NCBI GenBank assembly: GCA_017654855.1
Contig: CM030336.1
Coordinates: forward strand, 186,001-250,000
From: Podospora anserina
Taxonomy: Eukaryota
DNA: 64,000 bases
Reading direction: 5' to 3'
Shown piece after piece: positions 36,922 through 49,032 of this stretch; within the stretch, counting starts at the first letter, position 1; each line of letters begins with the position of its first letter. The position numbers and the translations under genes were made by a program. Under the pieces are notes generated by a model. That model made no database searches. It was not told where the DNA came from and was given only the letters and a program-made list of their open reading frames with translations.

Positions 36922-39900
36922 CGGGATGCTGTGCGAGTGTCACGGTCGGTCGGGTTTGGTTGTCGTGGTGAAGGGGTTACAGACGCCGAGGGTTCCTCTG
37001 CCGGTGCCATGCAGCCTGTTGTTTTTGACTGCCTTAGCTTTTCATGTTAGCCCTGGTGGTGCCGACTAGCCTATCTTCTAGTGTTGGGAAGGATTTCTCG
37101 GGACCCGGGGCTGATGATGAGGGCTTGGCTTGCGCACATGGCAAAGTGCGTCCCATCTGAAGGGTAAGGTTTGGGCAGTGTGCCTGATCGAGGTTTGGCT
37201 GAGACAGAGGGGGTGATGGTGATGAGGCGGCTTCTTTGTTTTAGCGGATGGGTACGTACCTGGGGGCTTTGGAGTGGTTTGACCTAGACTGGCCGAGATG
37301 GGCTGAAAGACACGGGAACAGGCAGGGCAAAAAGGAGGGCCAAAGAAAAGGCCGTTGTTTCAGTTTACCCGCATCATCATCACATCTTTGGTTGTTACCC
37401 TACCTTAGGTACCTGCTCACCCACACCTTATTTACCGCGTAGAGACGGGGAAGAAAATGCAACTGCAAGAGAGAAGCGTATCGGAGAGTCAGAGCGATCA
37501 GGGTATCTTGAAGCCACGGGGACAGTGGTGCACTGTGCTGGTACCTACGAGAGGGATGGTGGCTTGCGTGGCCTGCTCTCTGCAAGTGGGGTGGGTGTAC
37601 AGAGCTGCGGTTTATCTGATGTTTCAACGCCACGGGGCAAGCCATCTAGGAACGAACCACACCTTATTGGGGGGGATGCAATGGAGTGAAAGAAGTGAGA
37701 CATTGGGGATGATCATGTGGAAGCCATGATTTGGAGTTTGATGGTCCAAAAATAGAGGGTTTTTGGGGGATACAATATCGCGGGCTCTTGTGTTGGGTTG
37801 GTGTCGATGTGCTGGTGTCCCTTCACTCAACATGATTGAGGAAGCTTGAGGCAGGGTAAAGTCCGACAATGATAGGCGGCATGAACGGAGGTGTCAGTCA
37901 GTGAAATAGTGGTGTGGTTGCTGTGCAGGAAATAGCGTGGTGTGCTATATAGGGTAGTAGGTACTCCGAATTGCTCGTCAAGACGTTGGGATGAATGAAT
38001 TTCAGCCTCCTTGATGATCCCTTGGATGAGCCGTTAATGGCTATTATTGTCCCCCGCCAGAAACGTGCTACCCTCTGGGTGCTCGATATACCAGGCACTC
38101 ACTATTGTAAAAGTAAGATATCTGTCCGTCAGGAAAATGGATCAAGTATCATTTGAACATTTCCCATGCCATACGGCGCCATATCTGGTGTTTTTTTCAC
38201 GATCCTCCCTCATTGGTACAACAGTACACAGCATACAGCTTCCCCCCAGTGTTGCAAGTCTGGCCTGACTCGACCTAACAACGAGCCACACAGCATGATA
38301 CAGCATCAGATAGCAGATAGCTACCCGCTAGGGAGGTGTAACAAGAGTACGGCATCCGAATTCCAAAAGCCATCCGTCGTGTTCCCCAAGCCTTGGAATC
38401 CCCACTCGTCGGTCAAATTCTTTTCCCCATACCGTCTCCAATACCGACCTATGCCACCGGCTCCTCTAGCCCCATGCTATATCTAGCAGCGTGTCGCCGC
38501 TCATGAGCTAAAAGAAATCTAACGCACATGCCGCTGCATCTGAACAACGGCAAGGCTAAGCTCCGGGGCGGAAAGGCACAGGTGTCTTGTCTGTGCTCCG
38601 GCTCATTTTCGACCCTGGAATACCGTCCGCCTGACTGCTGCTCTATCCAGCTGCTGCTGCTGCTGCTGTGAAACACGTACACCCGGCGCGGTGTGTGTCA
38701 TCTGTGGTCCGACCCTCCCTCATGTTTCTTTCGTCGTGGTCCGGGCTCCCTGATTCGCTTTCCTGTTCGGCCGCGAGCATCAAGTCAGACTGCACCTTGC
38801 CGAGATTTTCTTTCTTCAGTCACATTTCCCGGTTGGCATGGTTGGCTGCTGCTCGAGTTGAGCGGACACTGTGCAGCTGGACGTAGTGATTCTGTTGCGA
38901 ATCTTTGTCATCTACCTTTTCTCGCTGTGCTTTCTATTCGAAGAAAAGAATAAAGATGGATGGGTCATCGGACACAAACATATCCGGGACCTTCGCTCTT
39001 CCGACTTTGTGTTGCTCCCAGTGCCGCGGTCAACCTGCCCGACATATGGATGTACGGTCTCGGTCCTAAACGCTTCTTGTTGTGTTGTGGGTATCTATTG
39101 ACCTGTGGGCGAGAATCTCCGTCGCTTCAACATCTTTGATGTGACAAGGTTTGTTGCAAAGGAAATTTCTGGGATTGCTTGGTCATCCAAATCTCTTGTT
39201 CGGTCAGGAAAGCGTGGTAAGGCACCTGAAGTTGTCTTAGACATTGTGGGAGCTCGGGTTCGGGAGAGCAGCTCTACAGTGCGCCATCCCGACAAATAGC
39301 GCGATACTCGTGCTTGAGTACCAAGGAATAGGGTTAGGCAGAGGCCTCCAAGATTGCTATCAGTTGGCCGGTTGTCACCTTGTGCTTGGATGCGAATATA
39401 TTTGACCAAGCATTGGCCAAGAAGAACCAGAACAGCCAGAGTACCTTGTGATGTACTGAGATGGCCTCTAGGGTAACACCAGCGGCTAGCAAAAAAGAGA
39501 GACATAGGGCGAGAAGGCTATCCTATTCGATCACCTGTGCAATTCTGGACATGCTTGACATGTCGTCATCCACAATTCGAATCTTTTTTAAAGTTGAACG
39601 GACGGTTAGCCAAAGGCAGAGACAGTCTCATCGCCGGAGAGTGGGCCGGATCGTCGTCTGTGTGTGGCAGTGAACCTGTTTCTCGGATGAGGCCGAGCGA
39701 CGCCGTCCCGGGCAACCAAACCATGCTTCTGGGTCAGACGTTTCACCTGTGTTGAGACTATAGCAAATGAAATGGCTGTCGGCAGTCGAGGCCGACGTGT
39801 GGTTGCCAAGGAAACAAATTTCGCCCCTTTTTAGCCCCTTAAATTCATCACATTGGTGGATTCTATCGCTTCCATGATGGTCTGCAGAGAGTCTTTTGTT

Positions 39901-39966
39901 ATGATTATGATTAGGTCTCTGTCTGACCAGGTTAATAGTATACCTATCTTGGTGTTGGCCTGTCCA

Positions 39967-40555
39967 TCAGATTCCGTTGCCCATTCTCTCCATCAGCTGC
40001 TCTTTTGTGGTGCCAAGCACGTCATCCATGATTTCAGCATTTGGAACCCCAAACGCGCCATATGGACGCTGCAACATGTCTCTGAGTGTCTCGTACTTTT
40101 GCCCCAGCTTTCGTGAATCCTCAGGCTCCATCTTGCGTTCGAGTTCGTCAAGGTCCCCATCGGTCTCTTCCCGGATGTGAGGCTCCAGATCAACCCAGAT
40201 GGCCTTGAGTGCCGACTCGAAGCTCTCCTCTGATGGGTCGTATTTGGCCATGTGGCGGAGTTTCGCGTTGATCTAATGCGAGGTCAGTTTGTGGTCGAGG
40301 TTCAACCTGAGCGTGCAAACAAAGCAAGCTTACACTGTTGTAGTCATCAGACAACCGCCGCTGTCGTTCTGATCCCCCGGAGATATGGTACTCCAAGGCT
40401 GGGATAAGAGCAAGGTTCTCGACGATAAGGTAGCGGGCTAGGGCCCAAACAAACTCATCGGCGTTGCGCTCCTCGGGTTTGGTTTCCACGAGGACGTGAT
40501 ATGCGTCGGTGATGCGCGCATGGTCGCGTTTGACGACTTCTGAGAGGGTAGGCAT
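39967..40555 (-). CDS. Hemerythrin HHE-domain-like protein with degenerate metal ligands; intron 40273-40333
   Basis: LSEVVKRDH, FVWALARYLIVENL..PALE, DDY, DLEPHIREE..DL..LE follow the spacing of fungal HHE proteins. The intron joins two ORFs in frame. Confidence 0.72.
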
Positions 40556-41545
40556 CTTGTATGCTCGTTTTGTTGATGATGTGGTTTGATGAGAATGAGG
40601 TGAAAATAGTCAGTTTGTAAAAGAGCGTGAGTGACGGCGATGCCTGGTTGGTCTGCTATTGTAGGCGGTGTGGTGTGACGTCAACCACTGTAATTTTGGC
40701 AGTGGCCCGCTGTTCCTCAACATTGCGGGTGTCGCTGCAAACAGCAGTGGACGGCAGTGACTTCGGGTCAACAGAAACCACATGGAAACCCATCAACAGA
40801 GTTTTAGAGTTGATTAAAATGTGGAGTGGGCAGTATGGAGAAAGTGGTAGTCGCGACTTGGAAATTGCGTAAGCTTCACTGCCTTTTGGCAATCAAAGGG
40901 AAACCACCAGTGACAGCAACCCAAACCAGTGGCAGGAATACCAGCAACAACACGCTGCACCGATGATGACGGCAAAGAGCAGCACCTGGATTTCCTTGAC
41001 AGAAAACAGCAACGTCGCTAATACCTTAGGCACTGCAGCTTGCCTGTCAAGCACCCGCCGCGCCCGACTATTGCCAACAACAGCAAGCGACTGCATCAGT
41101 CACCTCCGACCTAAAGACCTCCGACCCGCGTGCTTCCAGCAACGATGCCCGGTTCCGCTCAATGGCATACTTCTGGTTATTCCATGTTGGATACCCTTCG
41201 CAAAGAGCCTACACACGATACTGCGATCATGCGACGAGGGCCTGCACTGACCATATGGCATCGATATCTGCATAGTCAACATGCATATACAACTTTCAAG
41301 GAATTTGCAATTATCCGAGTAATGCTACACTATGGCATGGCATCTTTGGCTGTGGTGAATAGGATCCTTTGGTGGAGACAAGCCAGCATCAGAAGAACAA
41401 CTATTGGCTCCCACAAGCAGCAAGTCGGACAGGAATGACCCGACCCAACCCCTTTCTCCTCACCATCTGTGCTCGGGACTCTCACAGACATGGAGGAGAA
41501 AGCAAACCCATACCTTAACTAATCCAGGCACCACCATCCATCAAC

Positions 41546-43828
41546 ATGAGGTCACCAACCGCTGTGACGGCCGATGATCACCAACGCTACCAGTACAAAC
41601 CCCTTCCAACAGGAACATCCATCAGGGTGCTCCAAATCAAGGGTGTACGAGAGGGAAAGCTCTGCATTTCTCTCGAGTTGATCGATCTTGCGGACGACCC
41701 TTTCTTCTACGCCCTATCCTATACTTGGAGCAACCCTCATGCCAATGGCGTGGACTTCACCGAGTACTTCAACACCGTCTCGGGCGAGTACACCAGCGAG
41801 TCAAAAACCGAGACTGTTTGTCACGGAAAAAGCATCTACATACAGACCAACTTGGCCGATTTTCTTCAGGAGCTCCAGAGCTCTCTCGAACAGCAAGACA
41901 GTCCCTTCCAAATACCCCGCAGCCAGGAATTCCGGATCTGGGTTGACGCTGTCTGCATCAACCAAGATGATCTCGAAGAGCGGGCTTTCCAGGTTCAGAT
42001 GATGGGAGATGTGTACCGAAAAGCGGCCCGGACAATCATCTGGCTGGGTCGTGGAGATCAGTACACCACAGACGCTGTCGAGGCCATTTCAAAATTGGCA
42101 GCATGTCCCCAAGACGTCTTTGTTCAAAGCAATATTACCCCCTTTCGCCAGCAAGAACCTGATGTCTACACGGCGAGTGGTGTGCCCTACATTAGTTGGA
42201 TGGAGTGGTGCAGTTTAGCCGCTTTTTTCAAAAGACAGTGGTTTTCGCGCTTGTGGATTGTCCAGGAGGTCATCCTCTCCCGAGAGCTCTTTCTGATGTG
42301 CGGCAGTCACCAGATTTGCTGGGAAGTCCTAGTGACAGCAGCACGCACCGTTGAGGCTCGCTGCAAAGTCCTGGGCTTCAGTCCCAGCACTCTCTTCATG
42401 CAAGCTCACGAAATTGCAGTTGCCTTGGAGCACAATACCGTCCAGTTGGCCCGCTGGAGAGATTTCTACTATGGCACCTCGGCACCGGAACCACAGACCA
42501 GGATCACTTTTGAGAACCTCATCTACGATACCTGGATCTTTTCAGCCACCGATCCCCGCGATAAAGTCTATGGCATGTTTGGACTTATGAAGACGGATCT
42601 CAAGGCAAAGATGGCTGTGGATTACACCAGTCCTGTCGAGCTTGTCTATGCACTGACGACCAAGCACATGATCGACCATTACTCGTCATTGCAAATCCTG
42701 TCATGTGTTCAAGACGCTTCTATCAGAAGGATCAAACCCTCCCCATCATGGACGCCCGATCTCTCACTGCCATACTTCAACATGATGTGCTCAAATGGCT
42801 TCTTCTGCGCGGCTGGGGTGGAGAACAAGACACCGCAGCTTCTGCCTTCATCGTCCTGGGATCGCCTGAAGTTGAAGGGCTGCCTATTTGACACCATCGT
42901 GGAGACGGGAAATGACAGAACGAACCACGTCAACTCCTCTGTTTTGCTTGATCCCTCTTGGTTTGAATTGTGCATGTTGCTCTCGCAACCCTATCAACAT
43001 ACAGGAGAGCCACGAACAGAGGTTCTTTGGAGGACCCTGTGCGCGAACCAAACTTCTGAATCTGTTGTCCCTGCTCCGAAGGACTATGGGATTCTTTTCA
43101 AAGAGTTATTGTCAGCGATGATCATGGTCAGGGCAGAGATTGAGTCAGAGGCATATGCAGAGGACCAAGCCAAGCAGGAAGCCAGAGGTGATCCTGGGCC
43201 GCCACCGGATTGCTGCACAGGCTTTATGGATGCACTGGGTAAGGCTCAAGAAAAGTGGACATTCGCCGAGTTCGACACATTGGGCCGGGAGGAAATCCTG
43301 CGTCATCTCTGCCAGAGACCGAGATTCCTGAGCTCTGATCGGCATGGCTGGTTGATTTATACTCTGACAAAACTCCAGATCTTGGCTTTGACGGAAGACA
43401 ACCCAAATACACCAAACTGGGAGGAGCTGGAACAGTTCTTTTACAACCCAACTTATGTCATGAGAAGAAAGAGGGGCCATGACATTGTGCTCGTTCGACA
43501 AAACGATGAGCGGTTCTCGGCTAGTTTTCATAAGAGATATGGGAAGCACAAGTTGTTTCTGACGGAAAAGGGGTATCTTGGACTGGGGCCAGCGAGCGCC
43601 AAAGTGGGAGATGTTGTTGCGATTCTGGCTGGTGCAGAGGGGCCTTTTATTCTGCGCCATGGCCATCCGGGATGTGACATTGGAGAAGAAAACCAGGAGG
43701 AACGGAAAGAAAAAGAGGGAGAGAATGAAGTGATGAGTCTTGTGGGGCAGGCGTATGTTCATGGCATCATGAACGGTGAAGCTGTGGAGGAGGAAGGCTT
43801 TAAGCTTCGAGAAATCGAACTGGCTTGA
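41546..43828 (+). CDS. HET-domain heterokaryon-incompatibility protein (het-6-like), intronless, 760 aa
   Basis: YKPL..SIRVL, FYALSYTW, IWVDAVCINQDDLEERAFQVQMMGDVY, WFSRLWIVQE, ATDPRDKVYG, PSWTPD, LVGQAYVHGIMNGE. Confidence 0.95.
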   Translation: MRSPTAVTADDHQRYQYKPLPTGTSIRVLQIKGVREGKLCISLELIDLADDPFFYALSYTWSNPHANGVDFTEYFNTVSGEYTSESKTETVCHGKSIYIQTNLADFLQELQSSLEQQDSPFQIPRSQEFRIWVDAVCINQDDLEERAFQVQMMGDVYRKAARTIIWLGRGDQYTTDAVEAISKLAACPQDVFVQSNITPFRQQEPDVYTASGVPYISWMEWCSLAAFFKRQWFSRLWIVQEVILSRELFLMCGSHQICWEVLVTAARTVEARCKVLGFSPSTLFMQAHEIAVALEHNTVQLARWRDFYYGTSAPEPQTRITFENLIYDTWIFSATDPRDKVYGMFGLMKTDLKAKMAVDYTSPVELVYALTTKHMIDHYSSLQILSCVQDASIRRIKPSPSWTPDLSLPYFNMMCSNGFFCAAGVENKTPQLLPSSSWDRLKLKGCLFDTIVETGNDRTNHVNSSVLLDPSWFELCMLLSQPYQHTGEPRTEVLWRTLCANQTSESVVPAPKDYGILFKELLSAMIMVRAEIESEAYAEDQAKQEARGDPGPPPDCCTGFMDALGKAQEKWTFAEFDTLGREEILRHLCQRPRFLSSDRHGWLIYTLTKLQILALTEDNPNTPNWEELEQFFYNPTYVMRRKRGHDIVLVRQNDERFSASFHKRYGKHKLFLTEKGYLGLGPASAKVGDVVAILAGAEGPFILRHGHPGCDIGEENQEERKEKEGENEVMSLVGQAYVHGIMNGEAVEEEGFKLREIELA

Positions 43829-44170
43829 CCGACAGCCTCTCACCTCGTCGGCGGACGTCGTTTCCCGATAAAGCTCTGGCTTGATTTCATGGGGGATTGG
43901 GGGTGCTGTCAAGCGTGCGGGGTAGGACTACCTAGTGTCCCCAGATGACCATCATCCAGACTAATGGCTATTTAACAATTGCCGACAACTACCAGTTGAG
44001 AATGTGGCGGATAAAGATGAACCGCTGTGCCGGTAGGTTACGTGTCATGCTCACCAAGAATAAAAGACCTGGACCCTTCCGCAGGCTGATTCAGAACTTT
44101 CAACCTGCATACCTAAGGTACCACCCCTGAAGAGACATCGGTTTGTTTACATTGAGAGTATCCACTCAAG

Positions 44171-45389
44171 ATGACTTCCCGGACGGATTTTGGCCAGCAA
44201 ACACTAGGATCGGAGGTGGCCAAGGTGTTTGCTGACCAGATCAGAGGAAAGACTGGTACGTCCTCTTCACACCCGGCCTTATCAAGTCGAAACTCAGCCT
44301 GTCAATCAGCTGCTAACAACCACAGTGCTGATCACCGGCGTCAGTCCTAAAGGGATCGGATCTTCGACTGCTCTTAATTTTGCCTCTCAGGCCCCAGGGC
44401 TTCTCATTCTTGCATCTCGCACCCGAGCTCGCGTCGAAGAAGTAGCCTCCCAGATAAAAGAGGCATATCCATCTGTCAAACTCGAGATTGTCCTTCTCGA
44501 CCTCAGTTCGCAAAAGTCCATCCGTCAAGCGGCCGCCGAAGTCTCCAGGCTCACAGACAAGTTGGACATTCTCGTCAACAACGCTGGAATCTGTGTTGTG
44601 ACCCGCCAAAAGACACCGGAAGGCATCGAGCAGCAGTTTGGCACCAACCATATCGGGCCTTTTCTTTTCACCAACCTCCTTCTTCCTTTGTTGCGCAAGG
44701 CAGGCAAAACAAACCCTCCCGGGGCAACCAGAATCATCAGTCTCACCAGTGCCGGCCACAGGCTGTCTCCCATTCGGTTCTCGGATTACAACTTTGAAGG
44801 AGGAAAAGAAGTCCCGCCAGAGGAAGACCATTTCAAGCCGTTGGCCGGGGCCTTTGCAAAGTGCACTGAGGATGGCTACAACGGGATCGTCACGTACGCG
44901 CAGAGCAAGACAGCCAATATCTTGTTCACCTTCTATCTGCAAAAATACTTGCCTTCTCAGGGGATTACGGCTTATACGCTGCACCCAGGAAGTACGTCAT
45001 CTTTTCTTCTTCTCACCTCAGGTTCTATGAGCAAGCTAACGAACCATGTTCAACAGGCATCTTGACCGACTTGAGCAGAGATCAAGACGAAGAGCTGGCG
45101 GCACAGTTCTACAAGGTGGCCCCGTACTGGAAATCTCCTGATGAAGGCTCATCCACCACGTTGGTTGCCGCCTTGGATCCGGCTTTGAACGGTGTGTTCT
45201 GCCTTCTTTTGTGCCGCCCCCATCTTACAGATAATAGAAACTGACAGAGGAACAGATACCAAAGGTTTATATCTGGTAGATTGCCAGTTCACAGAGCCAC
45301 ATCACCATGCCAAGGACCCTGTTGCTGCCGAGAGGCTATGGAGGCTGAGCGAGGAGTTGGTGGGAGAAAAGTTTGCCCTGACAGTTTGA
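44171..45389 (+). CDS. Short-chain dehydrogenase/reductase (retinol dehydrogenase/WWOX-like), multi-exon
   Basis: VLITGVSPKGIG, LDILVNNAG, FGTNHIGPF, YAQSK (YxxxK), LHPG, AERLWRLSEELVG. Confidence 0.93.
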
Positions 45390-46699
45390 TTACTTCTTGA
45401 GACTAATAGAATCATGCATATTCTACCTACCTACCTTGCCCCAAAATCATCCGTCCCGTTGGAAAATACGAATTCCTGATTCAAGACTCGGGCACCGGGC
45501 AGCAACGGTCTAGGCCCGGCAGTCAGGCACACCCAACGGACCAAATACGCCGGGCGCCATTGACACAGCCTCAATTACTTAGATCCCAGGGCCATCCGCG
45601 CGGTCGTGGCATCGGCTGAGTAGTGTGATTTGGTGTGCTGGAATTTCCAATCGTCATGCGGGTCTCATGCAGGCAAGACAGCGAAAGCTGGGAGATGGCA
45701 GGTTTGGGATTGTGGTGGGGTTGTGTCATGGTTGATTGGCTGCCATACTGTAGACTATTTGGGTGCAGCATCGCCCTGGACAAGAAGAGATGGGTGGAAT
45801 CTGATTGCTGACGGGGCGGTCGTCATGAGAGGACGCGTGACGGCGTTGGAAGTATGGTTGAAGGGGGCATAGCCACCGTTTGTGTTGCCAATTTTCCATG
45901 CGCGCCGCGCGACTCTTATGACTCTAGTGGTGTATATAGGGTCTGGTGCCCTATCAAGGACGAAGCATTCGTCTGGATGTTTCTGTTTCTTTGTTTCGAC
46001 GGTTTGCTGCTGATACCGACAATCTGGTCATCTAAGATTTGGAGGGCCGACAGTTCTTTATTCCACTTTATCAATATTCTTGCCCTAGTGCACTGTTCGA
46101 GAAGCATACTGCCAACTCTATCTCTAATTTATACCTGTCTCATTGTTCAAAAGTACCGCTCGGAAATCCTGCATTCGGGGACACTAGGTAGCCCCCACAC
46201 GTCAAAAAAAAAAGGGGGGGGGGATTGCAAACCGAACAGGACGGAACCGCATCCGGACCCGGTTGGCACGGGATGGTGCCACAGGTAAGGCAGACCGTCT
46301 TACTCAGCTTTCCAATTTGAAAGATCTTTTTTTTTCTTTTTCTTTTTTCGCTTCACCAATCGGTTGCTCAAGCTTTTCTTTGTCTCGGGTATTTTCACCT
46401 CCTCCAACCGCGACAGAAAGATTTTGTGGGCTGGCTGTCTGGATTGTGATAAAGCTCCATTCGGGAAAGAAAGTGAGCAGATAGCAAACGGACAGAGATA
46501 TGTGGGGCTGCGTACCACGATCTTTGATGAAGTTTGCTTTTTCACCCCAGCTCTGAAATTGTCGGTGCCCCCGTTGGAATAGATCATATTTTGTTCATCT
46601 GATTTCACTCTTGTCGTCATTCTTATCCAAACACATCAACCCCTGGCCAAAACCCTGCATAGAAAAATCATTGACCTCGTCCCAAATTCAGCCGCGACC

Positions 46700-47447
46700 A
46701 TGCCCTTTTTCAAAAGATACCACTTTTCACACCACCACCACCACCACCACCATCACCACCACCACAGGTCATCACCACACGGAGATCTAGAAATGTCAGA
46801 TTTTCAACACCACCCCGGCCATTCGAGGATAAACTCTGGCAAGTCATCTTCAGCCAGCAGCAACAGCGGCTACGATCTCGACGACGACGCCATCACGCCG
46901 TGTCCGCTGCTGGAGACAACAGCTAGCCATCAAACACACCACTCTCACCTCCGTGACCTTCAACCAAGCCACCACCGTCTATCACCAAATCAACACAAAT
47001 ATGGCAGCCTGAGTCGAACCTCGAGCCAGAAAAGGCCGGCGTCGAGGTCCGAGTCGTGGAGGAGCAGCCAGCCTCGGCCATTCCACGGATATGTTGGGGA
47101 CTACGATGAGGAAGAGGAAGAGTTGGATACGGAAATCCTATGGAAGCAGATGCTGGCGGTGCAGGACAGGTTCGGGTGCTATAATTCAGCGAGAATGAGG
47201 GCGGCTCTGGAAGGGGGCGATACCTCGATTCGTGAGTTGCTGTTGGAGTCGAGATAGATTCAGAAACTACTGACACACTGAACAAATAGCATCGAAAGTA
47301 TGCCTTGATCTCATCAACGACAGCATAGGTGAGATGCCCGAGGACGCAAGGCAGAGGATCGAGTTATTCCTCGAGAGGGAAGGCAGCGGCGCAATGATGA
47401 GAAGAGGGAAGTGGAAGAAGTTTTGGCACAGGGTTATTTATGTCTGA
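46700..47447 (+). CDS. Hypothetical protein with N-terminal His12 tract; intron 47232-47289
   Basis: ATG in ACCATG context. A canonical intron continues the frame to TGA 47445. Ordered-looking block LWKQMLAVQDRFGCYNSARMRAAL..PSKVCLDLINDS. Confidence 0.72.
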
Positions 47448-47528
47448 GTTCTTCATTGTCAAATAGACCAAATCATGGAAATACACCAATCTGACCACCG
47501 CCAAGAGCAATGGAAAGTAATACGATCC

Positions 47529-48416
47529 TCAACGCTCCATCTCCCCCATCTCCAGACGAGGCTTACTCCTCCTCCTCTTCGCCCCACTGACAGACTTGAC
47601 AGCCACCTCATAATTCTCTCCACCGTGCCCAACAGCATGAACAACCACCTCCTCCCCAAACGGCCACCCCGACCCCTTCCCCCACCTCCTCTCGTCAATC
47701 TCGCTCTCCTCATCCCCCGTCTCCCGCTCGTCATACTGCGCAAACATGCCCCGGTCCCTCTCCCCGCGCAGCAAGCTCTTGGCCTTTTCAAACGCCTCCT
47801 TCCGGGGCACACAGCAACCCGCCAGCTCGGTCCGCTGAAACGCGTTGCTGTTCTTGTCCCCTTTGGCATGTTTGAAATCCCGTTTTGTCTGCAAGATGTA
47901 ATGCAAATCGTCATGTCCACAACAGGTATCCGTCTCGTGCTGCGGGACCGTCGGGCCGGCGCCCTCTTTCCCTTCTCCGGGGTGGGAGTGATGAGGCAGC
48001 TTGTCCTCGTTGGGCTTGGTCACGACGCCGACGAGGAATTCCTGTCCCGAGGGGGACAGGGCGTACACCTGAATGTTGTCGCCGTAGGGCCATTCCTGAT
48101 ACGGATGGAGGCTCGACTGGGTGACAAACTTGGTGAAATCCGAAGGCGAGTAGTTGAGCGACTCTTTCAGGGCCACCTGGGCCCAGGCTTTTGCGGAGTC
48201 CAGATCGGTGTGGGTTCCCAGGACATAAGGGGTGCGGGTGGCTCCAGAGGTCGACTCGTGGTGTTCGGTGATTGTCAGTGTCGTGTGATAAAGGTTTTCT
48301 GGCGCGCTTTGCGTAATGCCAGAGGGAGGAGCGTCTGTGTTGGCTGATGGCTCCTCTGGTGCTGCTATTGGCGTATTCTCCTGGGGCGACAAATGCTGTT
48401 CGGCTTGGGCAGCCAT
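47529..48416 (-). CDS. Hypothetical fungal protein, 295 aa, with two internally similar halves
   Basis: Long ORF from ACCATGG. Repeated pattern WPYGDNIQVYALSPSGQEFLVGV / WPFGEEVVVHAVGHGGENYEVAV. Confidence 0.8.
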   Translation of the reverse strand: MAAQAEQHLSPQENTPIAAPEEPSANTDAPPSGITQSAPENLYHTTLTITEHHESTSGATRTPYVLGTHTDLDSAKAWAQVALKESLNYSPSDFTKFVTQSSLHPYQEWPYGDNIQVYALSPSGQEFLVGVVTKPNEDKLPHHSHPGEGKEGAGPTVPQHETDTCCGHDDLHYILQTKRDFKHAKGDKNSNAFQRTELAGCCVPRKEAFEKAKSLLRGERDRGMFAQYDERETGDEESEIDERRWGKGSGWPFGEEVVVHAVGHGGENYEVAVKSVSGAKRRRSKPRLEMGEMER

Positions 48417-49032
48417 GGTTTCCTTGGGCTCTGGATGAGCAACAGAATCCGTTTCAAATCATCCACATCAAAATGAGCAACTCGAACTTTCAACACATGT
48501 CTGAACAGGTTCAAGAGAGGCACTACAAGTATCTGATGTAATCGGTATTGTCCGAGCTTCTTGCGGTTGGAACATGGAGATGCATCCCGGTACATGACGC
48601 CAGTCTTGCGAAGGGTCATGTCTGTGCATCCTATGATAAGAACCCTCTCTAACTGCCTTGATTCTGTCAGTTTCTTCACGTCGGGTCCACACCTGGGGGT
48701 GGTCATCATCACACCTGCAATCAAGCGGCACCTCCAGGGTTAAAGTTGATCAACTAGTTGATGTATGGTAGCTGCCGAAAACGTAACCTATGACCCATGC
48801 TACCTCATAATTCCGAGTAAAATAACCCCATAGGTTTGCTGCTAATCATGATACGTCATGGCAGAGGAGGCTTCCCATGTCCTCTTGCCCTCAAATTTGG
48901 TATGCGCCTTTGCCAAGGAGTAAGTGAATTCGTGGCTAGACTTCGTCCCAACGATAACAAGCCTTTCTCCCTGCCAGTTCGAACCGCAAAATGCCCGAGA
49001 ACAAAAAAAAATGTCGGAACTACAAGAAATGC

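Noticed and set aside
39329-39338. TAGGGTTAGG (and similar at 52960 and 58662) as a telomerase RNA template
   Set aside because: I could see no supporting pseudoknot, CR4/5 or ATAAGT 3' processing signal at a suitable distance. An Infernal search would be needed.
47475-48347. 290-aa plus-strand ORF
   Set aside because: Antisense shadow of the 47529-48416 gene.
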